A stretch of 64,000 nt of DNA from contig CAZUDQ010000004.1 of NCBI GenBank assembly GCA_964619365.1, forward strand, positions 1 to 64,000, in the 5' to 3' direction. Within the stretch, counting starts at the first letter, position 1; each line of letters starts with the position of its first letter. The translations under genes were made by a program, and so were the position numbers. The notes under the pieces are model-generated. The model was not told where the DNA came from. It saw only the letters and a list, made by a program, of their open reading frames with translations, and did not search any database. Shown piece by piece: positions 55,218 to 64,000 of this stretch. The stretch is from an uncultured archaeon (GTDB lineage: Archaea > Altiarchaeota > Altiarchaeia > JAFGQM01).

Positions 55218-56621
55218 ATGGATTTTGAAGGTTTCTGGAACAAGTGCAAGAGTCTCGCGGGGCAACTCAAAAAAGAAAAGAAGATAACTGTCATCGGGCA
55301 CTATGACGCTGACGGTATTGCCTCAACAGCGATAATGGTAAAAGCCCTGCGCCGTGCAAATATTGAGACAGATTTCATAAACACACGCCAAATAGATGCG
55401 GCTCATATTAGTGAAGTCAATTCTACTGATTCTCCAACCGTCCTTTTTGTTGACATGGGTTCGGGACAGCTTGACTTTCTTCAGGCAGAACTCAAAAAAG
55501 AGCGTTTTTATATAATTGACCACCACCCCCCAGTCCGGGAAACTGACAACCAGGTAAACCCATTCTTTTATGGAATCAACGGGACAACTGAACTTTCTGC
55601 AACAGGCGCCTGCTACTTTGTGGCAAAAGCAATGGACGAGAAAAACATGGACTTATCGCCTATCGGCATTGTCGGCGCCGTCGGCGATATGCAAGACCTT
55701 CATGGAGGCCTTAAGGGGGCGAACAGAAAGATACTAGCTGACGCTGAGTCAATAGGATATTGTGACTCCGAGCGCGGCCTTAAGCTTTTTGGAAAGCAAT
55801 GCAGGAGCCTTCCAAAGATGTTAGAATATTGTTCTGAACCACTCCTTCCAGGACTCACAGGAAATTATATGGCATGTGTTAATTTTATCAAATCCAAAGG
55901 AATTCTGCTAAACGACCCTGCAAGTGGCGAACCGAGGCGGTATTGCAACCTTTCCCACGAAGAAAAAAAAGCTCTGACAAGCGCTCTTTACATGCTTCTT
56001 TTAGACCATAACGCGACTCATCTTGTAACTGATATGCTAATTGGCGAAGTCTATGAATTCCCAAAGGAAAAAAATGGTTCAGAGCTGCGCGATGCAAAGG
56101 AGTTTGCAACAGTTCTTAACGCTTGCGGGCGTCATGACAAAGGAGAAGTCGGGGTTACTGTATGCATGGGTGATCGCTCGCGCGCCTGGTCTGATGCGGC
56201 AACACTTCTTGAGCGACATAGAAAAGAGCTTAGGGAAGGCATCGAATGGATTAAGGAAAATGGACTTGAGGAGTTCCCCCACATGTATTTCTTTGATGGG
56301 TCAGGTGCCATAAAAGAGACCTTAGTGGGTATCATTGCCGGAATGAGTTATGGTGCGATGCCAATATCCCAAAACAAGCCGATAATCGCGATGGGTGAAA
56401 CTGATGAAGGCGAGATAAAGATATCAGGACGTGGCAATAAAGACCTTGTCAAGCGCGGCTTAAAATTAGGGCAAGCCTTAAGGAACGCAACCCAGCCACT
56501 TGGTGGAGATGGTGGTGGACACGATGTTGCCGCAGGAGCAAAAATCCCGTCCGGGAAAAAAGAAGAGTTTAAAGTGGCAATTGATGCTGAAATAGCAAAA
56601 CAGATAGGTGAGAGCAAATAA
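55218..56621 (+). CDS. recJ: DHH-family RecJ/GAN (Cdc45-like) exonuclease
   Basis: HYDADG, DMGSG, IDHH, GAVGDMQ, LNACGR, ISGR, GGGHDVAAGA. Confidence 0.9.
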   Translation: MDFEGFWNKCKSLAGQLKKEKKITVIGHYDADGIASTAIMVKALRRANIETDFINTRQIDAAHISEVNSTDSPTVLFVDMGSGQLDFLQAELKKERFYIIDHHPPVRETDNQVNPFFYGINGTTELSATGACYFVAKAMDEKNMDLSPIGIVGAVGDMQDLHGGLKGANRKILADAESIGYCDSERGLKLFGKQCRSLPKMLEYCSEPLLPGLTGNYMACVNFIKSKGILLNDPASGEPRRYCNLSHEEKKALTSALYMLLLDHNATHLVTDMLIGEVYEFPKEKNGSELRDAKEFATVLNACGRHDKGEVGVTVCMGDRSRAWSDAATLLERHRKELREGIEWIKENGLEEFPHMYFFDGSGAIKETLVGIIAGMSYGAMPISQNKPIIAMGETDEGEIKISGRGNKDLVKRGLKLGQALRNATQPLGGDGGGHDVAAGAKIPSGKKEEFKVAIDAEIAKQIGESK

Positions 56622-56671
56622 CGCTTTTATTGTGCGCCAAGTTAAGAAACAAAGATTTAATAGAATAAAAA

Positions 56672-57049
56672 ATGGCAGGAAAGAATCCTCAGGGTCAAAA
56701 TGCATCAGGAGTTATAATGATGTTTCTCATATTCTTTTCGACATTCATGTTGATTTCTCTTTTTATCGGCTTACTTTTCCCCATTGAAGACGAAGCTCTG
56801 ATTGAAGAGGGGCTTAACAAGACTGGAGAACATAATCTATCAACGATAGGTCAGATTGAGGCTGAATTTGGTGTGGAGAACCTTTCTTCAGAAAGCGGTC
56901 TTGAGAACACAACCCAGGTAATTGTGATAAATAAGACAGTTGAAGTCACCCCGGAGCGCGCCGAGACAAGTATATTAGCAATAATTCTGATAGCAGCCTT
57001 CATGTTACTTGTGGCCGTATATATCTCAAAAGACAGCAAGAAGAAATAA
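56672..57049 (+). CDS. Hypothetical membrane protein
   Basis: Two TM segments flanking a loop with several NxS/T sequons. Confidence 0.7.
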   Translation: MAGKNPQGQNASGVIMMFLIFFSTFMLISLFIGLLFPIEDEALIEEGLNKTGEHNLSTIGQIEAEFGVENLSSESGLENTTQVIVINKTVEVTPERAETSILAIILIAAFMLLVAVYISKDSKKK

Positions 57050-57124
57050 ATGTTGCTTATCCTGTACCGATTCCTTAAGCAACCATTAGTTCGAATTTAT
57101 TAAAGTTGCCAGCTTTAATTTAAC

Positions 57125-58012
57125 ATGTTAGAGTCTGTTATATCTCCCTGTTGTGCAGAAAAAAATCCCTGGGACATGATTATTCTTGCAATAATCCTCT
57201 CAACAATAGGCATATTCTGTGGGCATTACCTTTCGCCCCTACTTGGCGTTCCTGCAAGCATGCTTTCCCTTGCAATAACTGTCATGGCTCTTGCTCCTTT
57301 GATACACAGACTTATTGTGATGGATGAGCGAGTTGAGGAGGATGCCGACCATTCTTCAGTCTTTGGTTTTGTCACAAGGCATATAGACATAATAATGGTT
57401 TATTCCTTTATATTTATTGGTCTTCTTTGCTCATTTTGTTTCTGGTATGTCTTCTTACCGCCATCAACCACAGATTTTCCAAGTGCAGAAGGGATTTTTG
57501 GCGAACAGGAACTCTCGGTGGGGGCAGTGCGCCAAAAGATTGCAACAAGCGTTCCAACCGCAAAGGCAATATCCACAAATGCCATACTTGAAAATAAGAT
57601 GAGTAATTATGTCGCAAACAATCTGTGGGTAATGGCGCTATGTTTTGCATCTTCGCTTCTTTTTGGTGCAGGAGCCCTCTGGATAACAACATGGAACGCC
57701 TCAACAATAGGTGTAGCAGTCGGCGCAAGCATCAATTCGGCAACAGCTGCAGGGGCAGACAAGGTGGCGGCTTTTGCAACAGGCTTTCCGACACTTACTT
57801 TAGGTATGGCGGCATGGGCGATACCTGAGATACTTGCATACCTTCTTGCAGGAATCGGAGGGGGTATTTTAGCTGCTGCCGTAATCCGCCACAACTTCAA
57901 GGACGAAAAATTCATAATTGCCGCATTTGACGGCTTAGTCTTCCTTCTTTTAGGCTTTGTGTTGGTGATTGTTGCGGCACTCGTCGAAACATACTTACCT
58001 ACAATGGTTTAG
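57125..58012 (+). CDS. SpoIIM/DUF95 family membrane protein
   Basis: NNL.V...C...S.LFGAG, WNAS.IG, PEILAY..AG.GG, AALVE. Confidence 0.82.
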   Translation: MLESVISPCCAEKNPWDMIILAIILSTIGIFCGHYLSPLLGVPASMLSLAITVMALAPLIHRLIVMDERVEEDADHSSVFGFVTRHIDIIMVYSFIFIGLLCSFCFWYVFLPPSTTDFPSAEGIFGEQELSVGAVRQKIATSVPTAKAISTNAILENKMSNYVANNLWVMALCFASSLLFGAGALWITTWNASTIGVAVGASINSATAAGADKVAAFATGFPTLTLGMAAWAIPEILAYLLAGIGGGILAAAVIRHNFKDEKFIIAAFDGLVFLLLGFVLVIVAALVETYLPTMV

Positions 58013-58060
58013 GGTGCAGTTTTTCAGTATATATTAATTAAGCGTAAAATATAGCGAAAA

Positions 58061-58630
58061 ATGGGAAAAATCATCATTCTTGATAACGGCGGCCAGTATG
58101 TACACAGGATATGGCGCAGCCTTCGGGAAATCGGCCAGGAGTCTGAGATAGTACCCCGGGACAAAATAATGGATAAGCTTCACAGCGAAAAGCCAATAGG
58201 CCTAATCCTTTCTGGCGGTCCGACATCAGTTTATAACGATGACCTTGGACTCTCAAAAGAGCTGCTCTCACTTAATATACCAATTCTTGGTATCTGCTGG
58301 GGCCACCAGTTCATCGCGCATTCCCTTGGTGGAAAAGTAGAATATGGCGACAAAGGTGAATATGGCCACTCAGAGATATTTGTCGATACTGAAGACACTA
58401 TACTTAAAGGCATGCCCGAAAAATTCCAGGCGTGGGTATCCCACAGAGACGAAGTTGTAAGCCTCCCCAAAGATTTTCTCCCTCTTGCCCATTCAGAGCG
58501 CTGTAATATAGAGGCTATGTCGTGTGAAGAAAAGCGCATGTACGGCGTTCAGTTCCACCCAGAGGTTTTTCACACCGAAAACGGTAAACTCATACTTAGT
58601 AATTTCACAGATGTCTGCAAGAATGGCTGA
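58061..58630 (+). CDS. guaAA: GMP synthase glutamine amidotransferase subunit A
   Basis: DNGGQY.HRI.R, LSGGP, LGICWGHQ, SHRDEV, QFHPEV. Confidence 0.94.
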   Translation: MGKIIILDNGGQYVHRIWRSLREIGQESEIVPRDKIMDKLHSEKPIGLILSGGPTSVYNDDLGLSKELLSLNIPILGICWGHQFIAHSLGGKVEYGDKGEYGHSEIFVDTEDTILKGMPEKFQAWVSHRDEVVSLPKDFLPLAHSERCNIEAMSCEEKRMYGVQFHPEVFHTENGKLILSNFTDVCKNG

Positions 58631-59198
58631 AGATAACAAAGACTTAATTGATCTTCTTGACAAGCTTAAGAAGATGGGTCCTGAGGACGAAAAGCAAGAA
58701 GACTCGGTCGCGCCAAAGGAAATTGTCCCTAAAAACGATAAGGACGATGATTTAGATATAGCCACAATAGAAAGCCTCCTTCCCCCTCCAATGAAAAAAG
58801 AGGAGTCAATAGAACCTGACATAAAAAAAGTAGTAAAAGAAGCGCAAAAAGCCGAAAAGAAAATGGAGGCGGCTCAAGAAGTCCTTGAAAATGTCGAAAA
58901 AACCGAGAAAAACGCCCAAAAAACAATAGGCAAAGATGTAACAAAGCCAAAAGGTGGCGACATACTCACAGATGACATAAAAAAGAAGATTGAGGCAATA
59001 GAATCCGACATCAGGACAAAAGAGGATAAGATAAACATTGACCTTGAAAAACTTGATGCCCTTCTTGAGGCTCTAGCCGAGCGCGAGGGCGAGATGCTTG
59101 AACATGAAAAGATGCTAAAAGAAAAGGACGAACTTCTCTCAAAACAGCTTTCTGACATGCGCAAGATTCGCGAGGAATTATCAACAGTCCTAAAATAG
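58623..59198 (+). CDS. Hypothetical coiled-coil protein
   Basis: Charged helical ORF; ATG 58623 overlaps the guaAA end. Confidence 0.7.
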   Translation: MAEDNKDLIDLLDKLKKMGPEDEKQEDSVAPKEIVPKNDKDDDLDIATIESLLPPPMKKEESIEPDIKKVVKEAQKAEKKMEAAQEVLENVEKTEKNAQKTIGKDVTKPKGGDILTDDIKKKIEAIESDIRTKEDKINIDLEKLDALLEALAEREGEMLEHEKMLKEKDELLSKQLSDMRKIREELSTVLK

Positions 59199-59533
59199 TT
59201 AAATACAGCGGCGATTGTTGCTCTAAAAAACATGGGTTCGATAGGGGTTTTTATAGGCTCTTTATCTAATATAAACACCCCAACTGGAGAATTGGTTAAT
59301 CAAAAACACCTAAAAAAAGCCACAAAAACACTAAGCTTTTTATAGGATGAACGATTAACTTACACGTTCAAATTGATGGCCCGAACATCATGTAACCGAG
59401 CTGCAAAGGCAGTAGCCACGACTCACGGCGTTTTCGTTGCAGTAGTTCAGACGTCAAAAAGAGCATCAGATATCATGTTTTATGGGCATTTTGCCTCGTT
59501 ATCTATATAAGAACCAAAATTTTGGTAAAAAAA

Positions 59534-62500
59534 ATGAAAACCACAACAATTGGAAGGATTGGAGCCGTAGTGGCCGGTGCTGCAATGTTGGGTACCGCTG
59601 TCGCGAGCGCCTTTGCGGGCGCAGCCGTTGATGCAAACCTTACTAAGGGCTTCTTCTTCGATGCCAACATGAACCCACAGGTTCAGATGGTCGTCGGTGA
59701 GAAAGCAATGGCATCAGATGGTGCAGCAGCAGGCCAAATTGCAGCCATGATCGGAAACATGGCATATACCACCGAAACAAAAACAATCGGAGGTACAGAA
59801 AAAACAGTATCCGGAGGCACAGCAACATGCACACCCTCAGCAGCAGAGTGTGCAAAAGGCGGTGTAGCTAAAGGAACCGTTATCCTCAGTTATGAGGCAG
59901 CGGGAATGATTGGAGAACTCCAGCAGAAAGCGATGGATTGCGAAATCTACACATCCTCAGGGATGGAGATGAACAACCTCACAGACGGCGGAGATTCAGG
60001 ATCTTGGTGCTCGGACAATGAAGTGTTCACATACAAGACGAATGTCGGAACAACACTTGTTGGCGCATGTGCAACAGTATCTGGAGCAGACGTTGGCCTT
60101 CTTAAGGACGGCGAATTCGCAAACGAGATTTGCACAATCTGTTACAACTACTGTGATATCGCACTAGGATGTGAGCCACACAGGATGTATGAGTGGATAA
60201 ACCTCTCATGCGACAAAGTCGGTGTGACATACGACTGTGATGACGAGAAGCTAGAGTTTGACATCAAAGATGGAGCAATAGTATACAATGTCTTTACTGA
60301 CGATATACTTTCAGGCGACGTCGAAAACGATGAGACAAACCCAAAGCTTGTTGGTCAGTCTTACCTTGGTAAGATAATCCTCGGTCAGCAGGAGTACTAT
60401 GTAGAAGATTTAAAAGATGACAAGATCACAATAGTTTGTGGTGCTACAGGAACCGCGACAACTTCAGCATCAATGGAGTATACAACTCCAGCCGAAGGTG
60501 GTGTCAATGGTGTTGCTTGTGCTCCAGCTGTCGGTGCAGATGCACAGACATACAGCATAAAGCTTGTCGGCGCACAAACAATTGAAGAAAAAGGTGTTGT
60601 TGATGTAACTCTTGAAGTAACAAAGCCAGACGGAACAGTCGAGCAGGTAACATCCGGAATGTCCGGAACGCCCGTTGTCGGTGACGTCAAGGTAAAACTC
60701 CAGAGAGGAACCGCAGCATCAAACGTCATCACAGGTGAGCAGTCTTTCTCAGCTGAGATTCTTGTTTGGTACGTACCATCAGAATACGTATTCGAAGATG
60801 ATGAACAGTACGATGAGATGGGCCGTGACACAGAAGACATGGACGACGACGACGTACGCGCAGAGTACTCAATTGCCTTCAACGGTGGAGAGCCTTTAGA
60901 TATAACAGATCTTTGTTTCCCATCAGGGGATAACCTAGAAGACAAAGAGATACTCTATAATGGCAGCACATCACTTGGCGACCTTGACATCAAGGAAAAC
61001 AAGCAGTGTACAGATTGTTACGACGAAGCCAATACAAATGACTTGGACACAGCAGTCCTACGTTTCTTGGAGTTCACACTCCAGAATGTTGACGAGGATC
61101 TAGCAGAAGGAGACTACCTCAGCCTACCGTTTAACGATGGCAAGTACCTCCTTTCCGACATCAAGTTCGGTTACGCAGGCCTATTCGACGACAACTTCGT
61201 AAGCTATGCAAATCAGGACAAAGTAGAGATGACCTTTGAGATTTCAGATATTGATATCTGGAATGCAACAGAGAGTGAATCCTACTCTTGGAGAAGCAAG
61301 CTTACTGTGAAGTACAAGGACAAGTACGACGAAACCATAACGGCACGTATGGATCAGGGACCATTCCTCACGACAAACGAAATCGTGATGATTGAAAACA
61401 TACCTGTAAAGATCCGCAAGCTGCAGTGGGACAGTGACCTAGGAAACTGGGTACTTAAGTACCGTGCAAAGGATGGCTCAAGCTGGGATGACAGTGACAC
61501 ACTTGTGAACATTGCAGGTACATCCACAGCAGCCTTAGTTGTTGACGCACAGGTCATTAACGCAAATGCGACTGCAAATTACGCAAACACATCAACGACA
61601 ATCGCAGGAAAGGCAGTTGACTTGTATGTTGTGAACACCACAGATTCGGATGACAAGGAGCTTTATATCATGTCAGATGGATCAACTGAGGCGCTTCTTG
61701 CAACAACAGCTAACCAGGACGTACAAACGCAGTTTAAGGACAAGGTAGTCTTTAGTGCAACAGGAAATATCATAACAGTAGACGGTGCATCAACAGCTGG
61801 TGCAGCAAACGCAGTTACGATAAACTTCTATGAGCACTATGGCAACGCCAGTGCTTGTATACCAGGTGCAGTTCAGACAGAGTGCTCGCTTGAGAACAAC
61901 TCAAACGTAAGCGTGTCTTGCTCGCTCTCTGGCGACTGTGCAAAGATTTCAACCGGTAAGGACGACGGAAAGCTAATTTCGCTCTCTGGCGCCATGATCG
62001 ATGTTGAAGGTGACGAAGACGTTGAAGTAAACAGTGAGCAGGAGTACCCACAGGCATCAGACGCAATCACAAAGGTTGTTATGACTGTCCCTGAAAAGAA
62101 GGTACGCCCAACATTGTTCCTCGGACTTGACAGTTCAGTCAACTCGAGCACCGTAATCATCACTGAAGAGCTTGTTGAAACAATAGTTTCAATTGGCGGC
62201 GTTGAAGTCTTAGTCGAAGAGTTTGGTATTGAAGCCATTATAGCAGGCGTTGAAGTAATCGGCGGTGAACCTGTAACAGTAGCATGTGACCCAGTCACAG
62301 TAGCCTGTGATACAGAAACCCTCGAGGTCGGAACACCTGTAAACATTGGTTACAAGCTCGTAGTCGTAGAAGGCCAGCAGAACTCTGCAAAGAACCTCGT
62401 ACTTGTCGGTGGTCCGGCTGTAAACAGCCTCACAAAAGACCTCGTCACAGTCGACGACCTTTGTAAGGGTGCTTCGCAGGTCAAACTCTATGGCAACAAG

Positions 62501-62581
62501 CTACTTGTTGCAGGTTGCAGTGCATCAGACACAGCAGCTGCCGCGACAGAGCTTGAGGCTTGGATATCAGCAAATCTCTAA
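59534..62581 (+). CDS. S-layer protein (MJ0822-like N- and C-terminal domains), Cys-rich
   Basis: Signal peptide KIG.V..GAAMLG; VVG..A..SD..AA..IA; C-terminal NLVLVGGP.VN.L and LLVAG....DT..AA; acidic, many NxS/T sites. Confidence 0.88.
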   Translation: MKTTTIGRIGAVVAGAAMLGTAVASAFAGAAVDANLTKGFFFDANMNPQVQMVVGEKAMASDGAAAGQIAAMIGNMAYTTETKTIGGTEKTVSGGTATCTPSAAECAKGGVAKGTVILSYEAAGMIGELQQKAMDCEIYTSSGMEMNNLTDGGDSGSWCSDNEVFTYKTNVGTTLVGACATVSGADVGLLKDGEFANEICTICYNYCDIALGCEPHRMYEWINLSCDKVGVTYDCDDEKLEFDIKDGAIVYNVFTDDILSGDVENDETNPKLVGQSYLGKIILGQQEYYVEDLKDDKITIVCGATGTATTSASMEYTTPAEGGVNGVACAPAVGADAQTYSIKLVGAQTIEEKGVVDVTLEVTKPDGTVEQVTSGMSGTPVVGDVKVKLQRGTAASNVITGEQSFSAEILVWYVPSEYVFEDDEQYDEMGRDTEDMDDDDVRAEYSIAFNGGEPLDITDLCFPSGDNLEDKEILYNGSTSLGDLDIKENKQCTDCYDEANTNDLDTAVLRFLEFTLQNVDEDLAEGDYLSLPFNDGKYLLSDIKFGYAGLFDDNFVSYANQDKVEMTFEISDIDIWNATESESYSWRSKLTVKYKDKYDETITARMDQGPFLTTNEIVMIENIPVKIRKLQWDSDLGNWVLKYRAKDGSSWDDSDTLVNIAGTSTAALVVDAQVINANATANYANTSTTIAGKAVDLYVVNTTDSDDKELYIMSDGSTEALLATTANQDVQTQFKDKVVFSATGNIITVDGASTAGAANAVTINFYEHYGNASACIPGAVQTECSLENNSNVSVSCSLSGDCAKISTGKDDGKLISLSGAMIDVEGDEDVEVNSEQEYPQASDAITKVVMTVPEKKVRPTLFLGLDSSVNSSTVIITEELVETIVSIGGVEVLVEEFGIEAIIAGVEVIGGEPVTVACDPVTVACDTETLEVGTPVNIGYKLVVVEGQQNSAKNLVLVGGPAVNSLTKDLVTVDDLCKGASQVKLYGNKLLVAGCSASDTAAAATELEAWISANL

Positions 62582-62605
62582 AGAGACTAGCTACTACCTG
62601 AACAA

Positions 62606-62643
62606 TAGCCCCCGTAAAAAGGGGCTAGCTTTTTTATTTTTTA
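62606..62643 (+). terminator. Hairpin plus T-tract terminator after the S-layer gene
   Basis: tagcccc-cgtaaaaa-ggggcta followed by cttttttattttttt. Confidence 0.7.
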
Positions 62644-62772
62644 GTATGTACGACCGGGTGACCTCCAAGCGGGGCGCCTAGTCTGTCTACTCTTTTTCTA
62701 TTAAATTAACTCTTTTTTATATCCAACTTCTAATTTCACGCATCTATTTACTCTATTTACTCTGGGGTATCC

Positions 62773-63786
62773 ATGGCAAAAACACCTGTAAAAAAGGCCC
62801 CAAAGGGGGATTTTTCAGCATATGAGGATAAAGACCTCAAAGTTTCGCACATAGAAGACATAATTCCGGAAAAAGCAAAGAAAGGATTTAGGATAGGAAA
62901 CAATGTCCTTTGGGCGGCATTTGCACTAGTTCTTATTATATTTATAGCATACCCATTTTTTGGGAATATTGTCACAAAGGAACCCTCACAGACAACAACG
63001 ATAAATGGTATTAAAGTATCGGCTGACGGAGACCCAATCTCTGCGATAAAATCAATGCCGCAAATGCATCTTAGCGCAAAGCGCCTTGATGATTATGACG
63101 ACTCACACGATGCGATAAACGAGATATATGTTACACTCGCTCAGACAAGCGGACAGGCAATAGCCGGGTCAAAAACGCTTCTTGTTGGAATCGACAAAAA
63201 CGAGCCTGCGGGCATCACTTTCGGAAAGGATACGATAAAAGTAGTTGGCGCCGATGGCTCATCTCTCTGGAACGCCGTCTGGGCACTTACCTCAACTTTA
63301 CAGGATTTAACGATAGATTCGGGCGGAATGGATCTTTATGAGGTTAAGGACTCTTTTGCAGGAAAGAAAAATATCTATTTTATTCAAAATCTAAGCGACA
63401 CGTGCGTTAATTATGGCAGTATAGTTTCAGCTGAAGGCGACATCTTCACATCCATTGGACTAAAACAGGCTGAGTATGGCGCCCTTGTAACCCACATATA
63501 CTCTGACGGAAATTTATGTTGGAACGCAACAGATTTAAACGAGAGCAAGTTTGATTGCCCAAAAGCCAGCCCTGATGATTATGTTATATGGATGACACGC
63601 GGAGATTCAGCCCGCCTTGACATAAGTCCGGATGACATGACATTTACATACGTATCCTGTTCTCAAGTACCTCTACAATCAACAATAGTCGCTGACATAA
63701 TAGAACCGACACGCGTGAGTGCGATTGCAGGCATAGTATTCCCTGAAAACTCAGGTTCTCTAAGTTACGGACTTGAAGAATTCTAA
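62773..63786 (+). CDS. Hypothetical single-pass membrane protein
   Basis: 337-aa ORF with one TM near the N-terminus and an extracellular domain. Confidence 0.7.
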   Translation: MAKTPVKKAPKGDFSAYEDKDLKVSHIEDIIPEKAKKGFRIGNNVLWAAFALVLIIFIAYPFFGNIVTKEPSQTTTINGIKVSADGDPISAIKSMPQMHLSAKRLDDYDDSHDAINEIYVTLAQTSGQAIAGSKTLLVGIDKNEPAGITFGKDTIKVVGADGSSLWNAVWALTSTLQDLTIDSGGMDLYEVKDSFAGKKNIYFIQNLSDTCVNYGSIVSAEGDIFTSIGLKQAEYGALVTHIYSDGNLCWNATDLNESKFDCPKASPDDYVIWMTRGDSARLDISPDDMTFTYVSCSQVPLQSTIVADIIEPTRVSAIAGIVFPENSGSLSYGLEEF

Positions 63787-63807
63787 ATTTAACAAACCTT
63801 TTTTGAA

Positions 63808-64000
63808 ATGGCAGACAACGGATCACTTGTGGACGGAAAAGTAGTAAAAGAGATGTATGAAGACGGTGCAGTTTATACTTCTTTTGGAGACTATTGGCGG
63901 CGCAGGTACGGCTACAAAGTCTTTAAGATACCTCTTAACGGGAATTTCACATGCCCTAATTGGGACGGACGACTTTCAGACTCTGGGTGCACATTTTGCC
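63808..64000 (+). CDS. TIGR01212/YhcC-family radical SAM protein (partial, runs off the window)
   Basis: MADNGSLVDGKVVKEMYEDGAVYTSFGDYWRRRYGYKVFKIPLNGNFTCPNWDGRLSDSGCTFC; FTCPN.DG....GC.FC is the family's split Cys motif. Confidence 0.85.
   Translation, partial: MADNGSLVDGKVVKEMYEDGAVYTSFGDYWRRRYGYKVFKIPLNGNFTCPNWDGRLSDSGCTFC

Noticed and set aside
59372-59470. Fluoride (crcB) riboswitch (GATGG...AACCG)
   Set aside because: The required GCTGATGAC..CTAC pseudoknot strand is absent.

Overview
Archaeal chromosomal segment. The lineage looks DPANN-like, inferred from eS26, a tRNA-Ile(UAU), Lys-rich ribosomal protein tails and Cys-repeat surface proteins; taxonomy is not established. 1-14 kb is the archaeal spc-type ribosomal superoperon (S3 tail, L29, aIF1, Rnp1, S17 through L15, secY, adk, DUF106, L34e, cmk, L14e, cbf5). 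Three tRNAs follow: Ser-GCT, Leu-TAG and an intron-containing Ile-TAT. Other content includes a PD-(D/E)XK plus beta-CASP nuclease pair, eS26, arsM, a Kef antiporter, the anaerobic sulfide-dependent homocysteine trio, the L7Ae-S28e-L24e-ndk operon with a k-turn leader, gltX, ileS, valS, an ABC exporter, an HPS-RraA fusion, a decarboxylase plus deoxyhypusine synthase, a luxE/luxC-like pair, a 1596-aa dockerin-repeat surface protein and a Cys-rich S-layer protein. Most notable: (1) two 94-nt tandem hairpin units that copy the tRNA-Ile(UAU) 3' end and lie between that tRNA and ileS; (2) a stand-alone OspF/SpvC/LanKC-type phosphothreonine lyase-like protein; (3) the tRNA-Ile(UAU) itself. No CRISPR array, transposase or integrase was recognised. 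All calls come from motif reading by eye, with no database searches.
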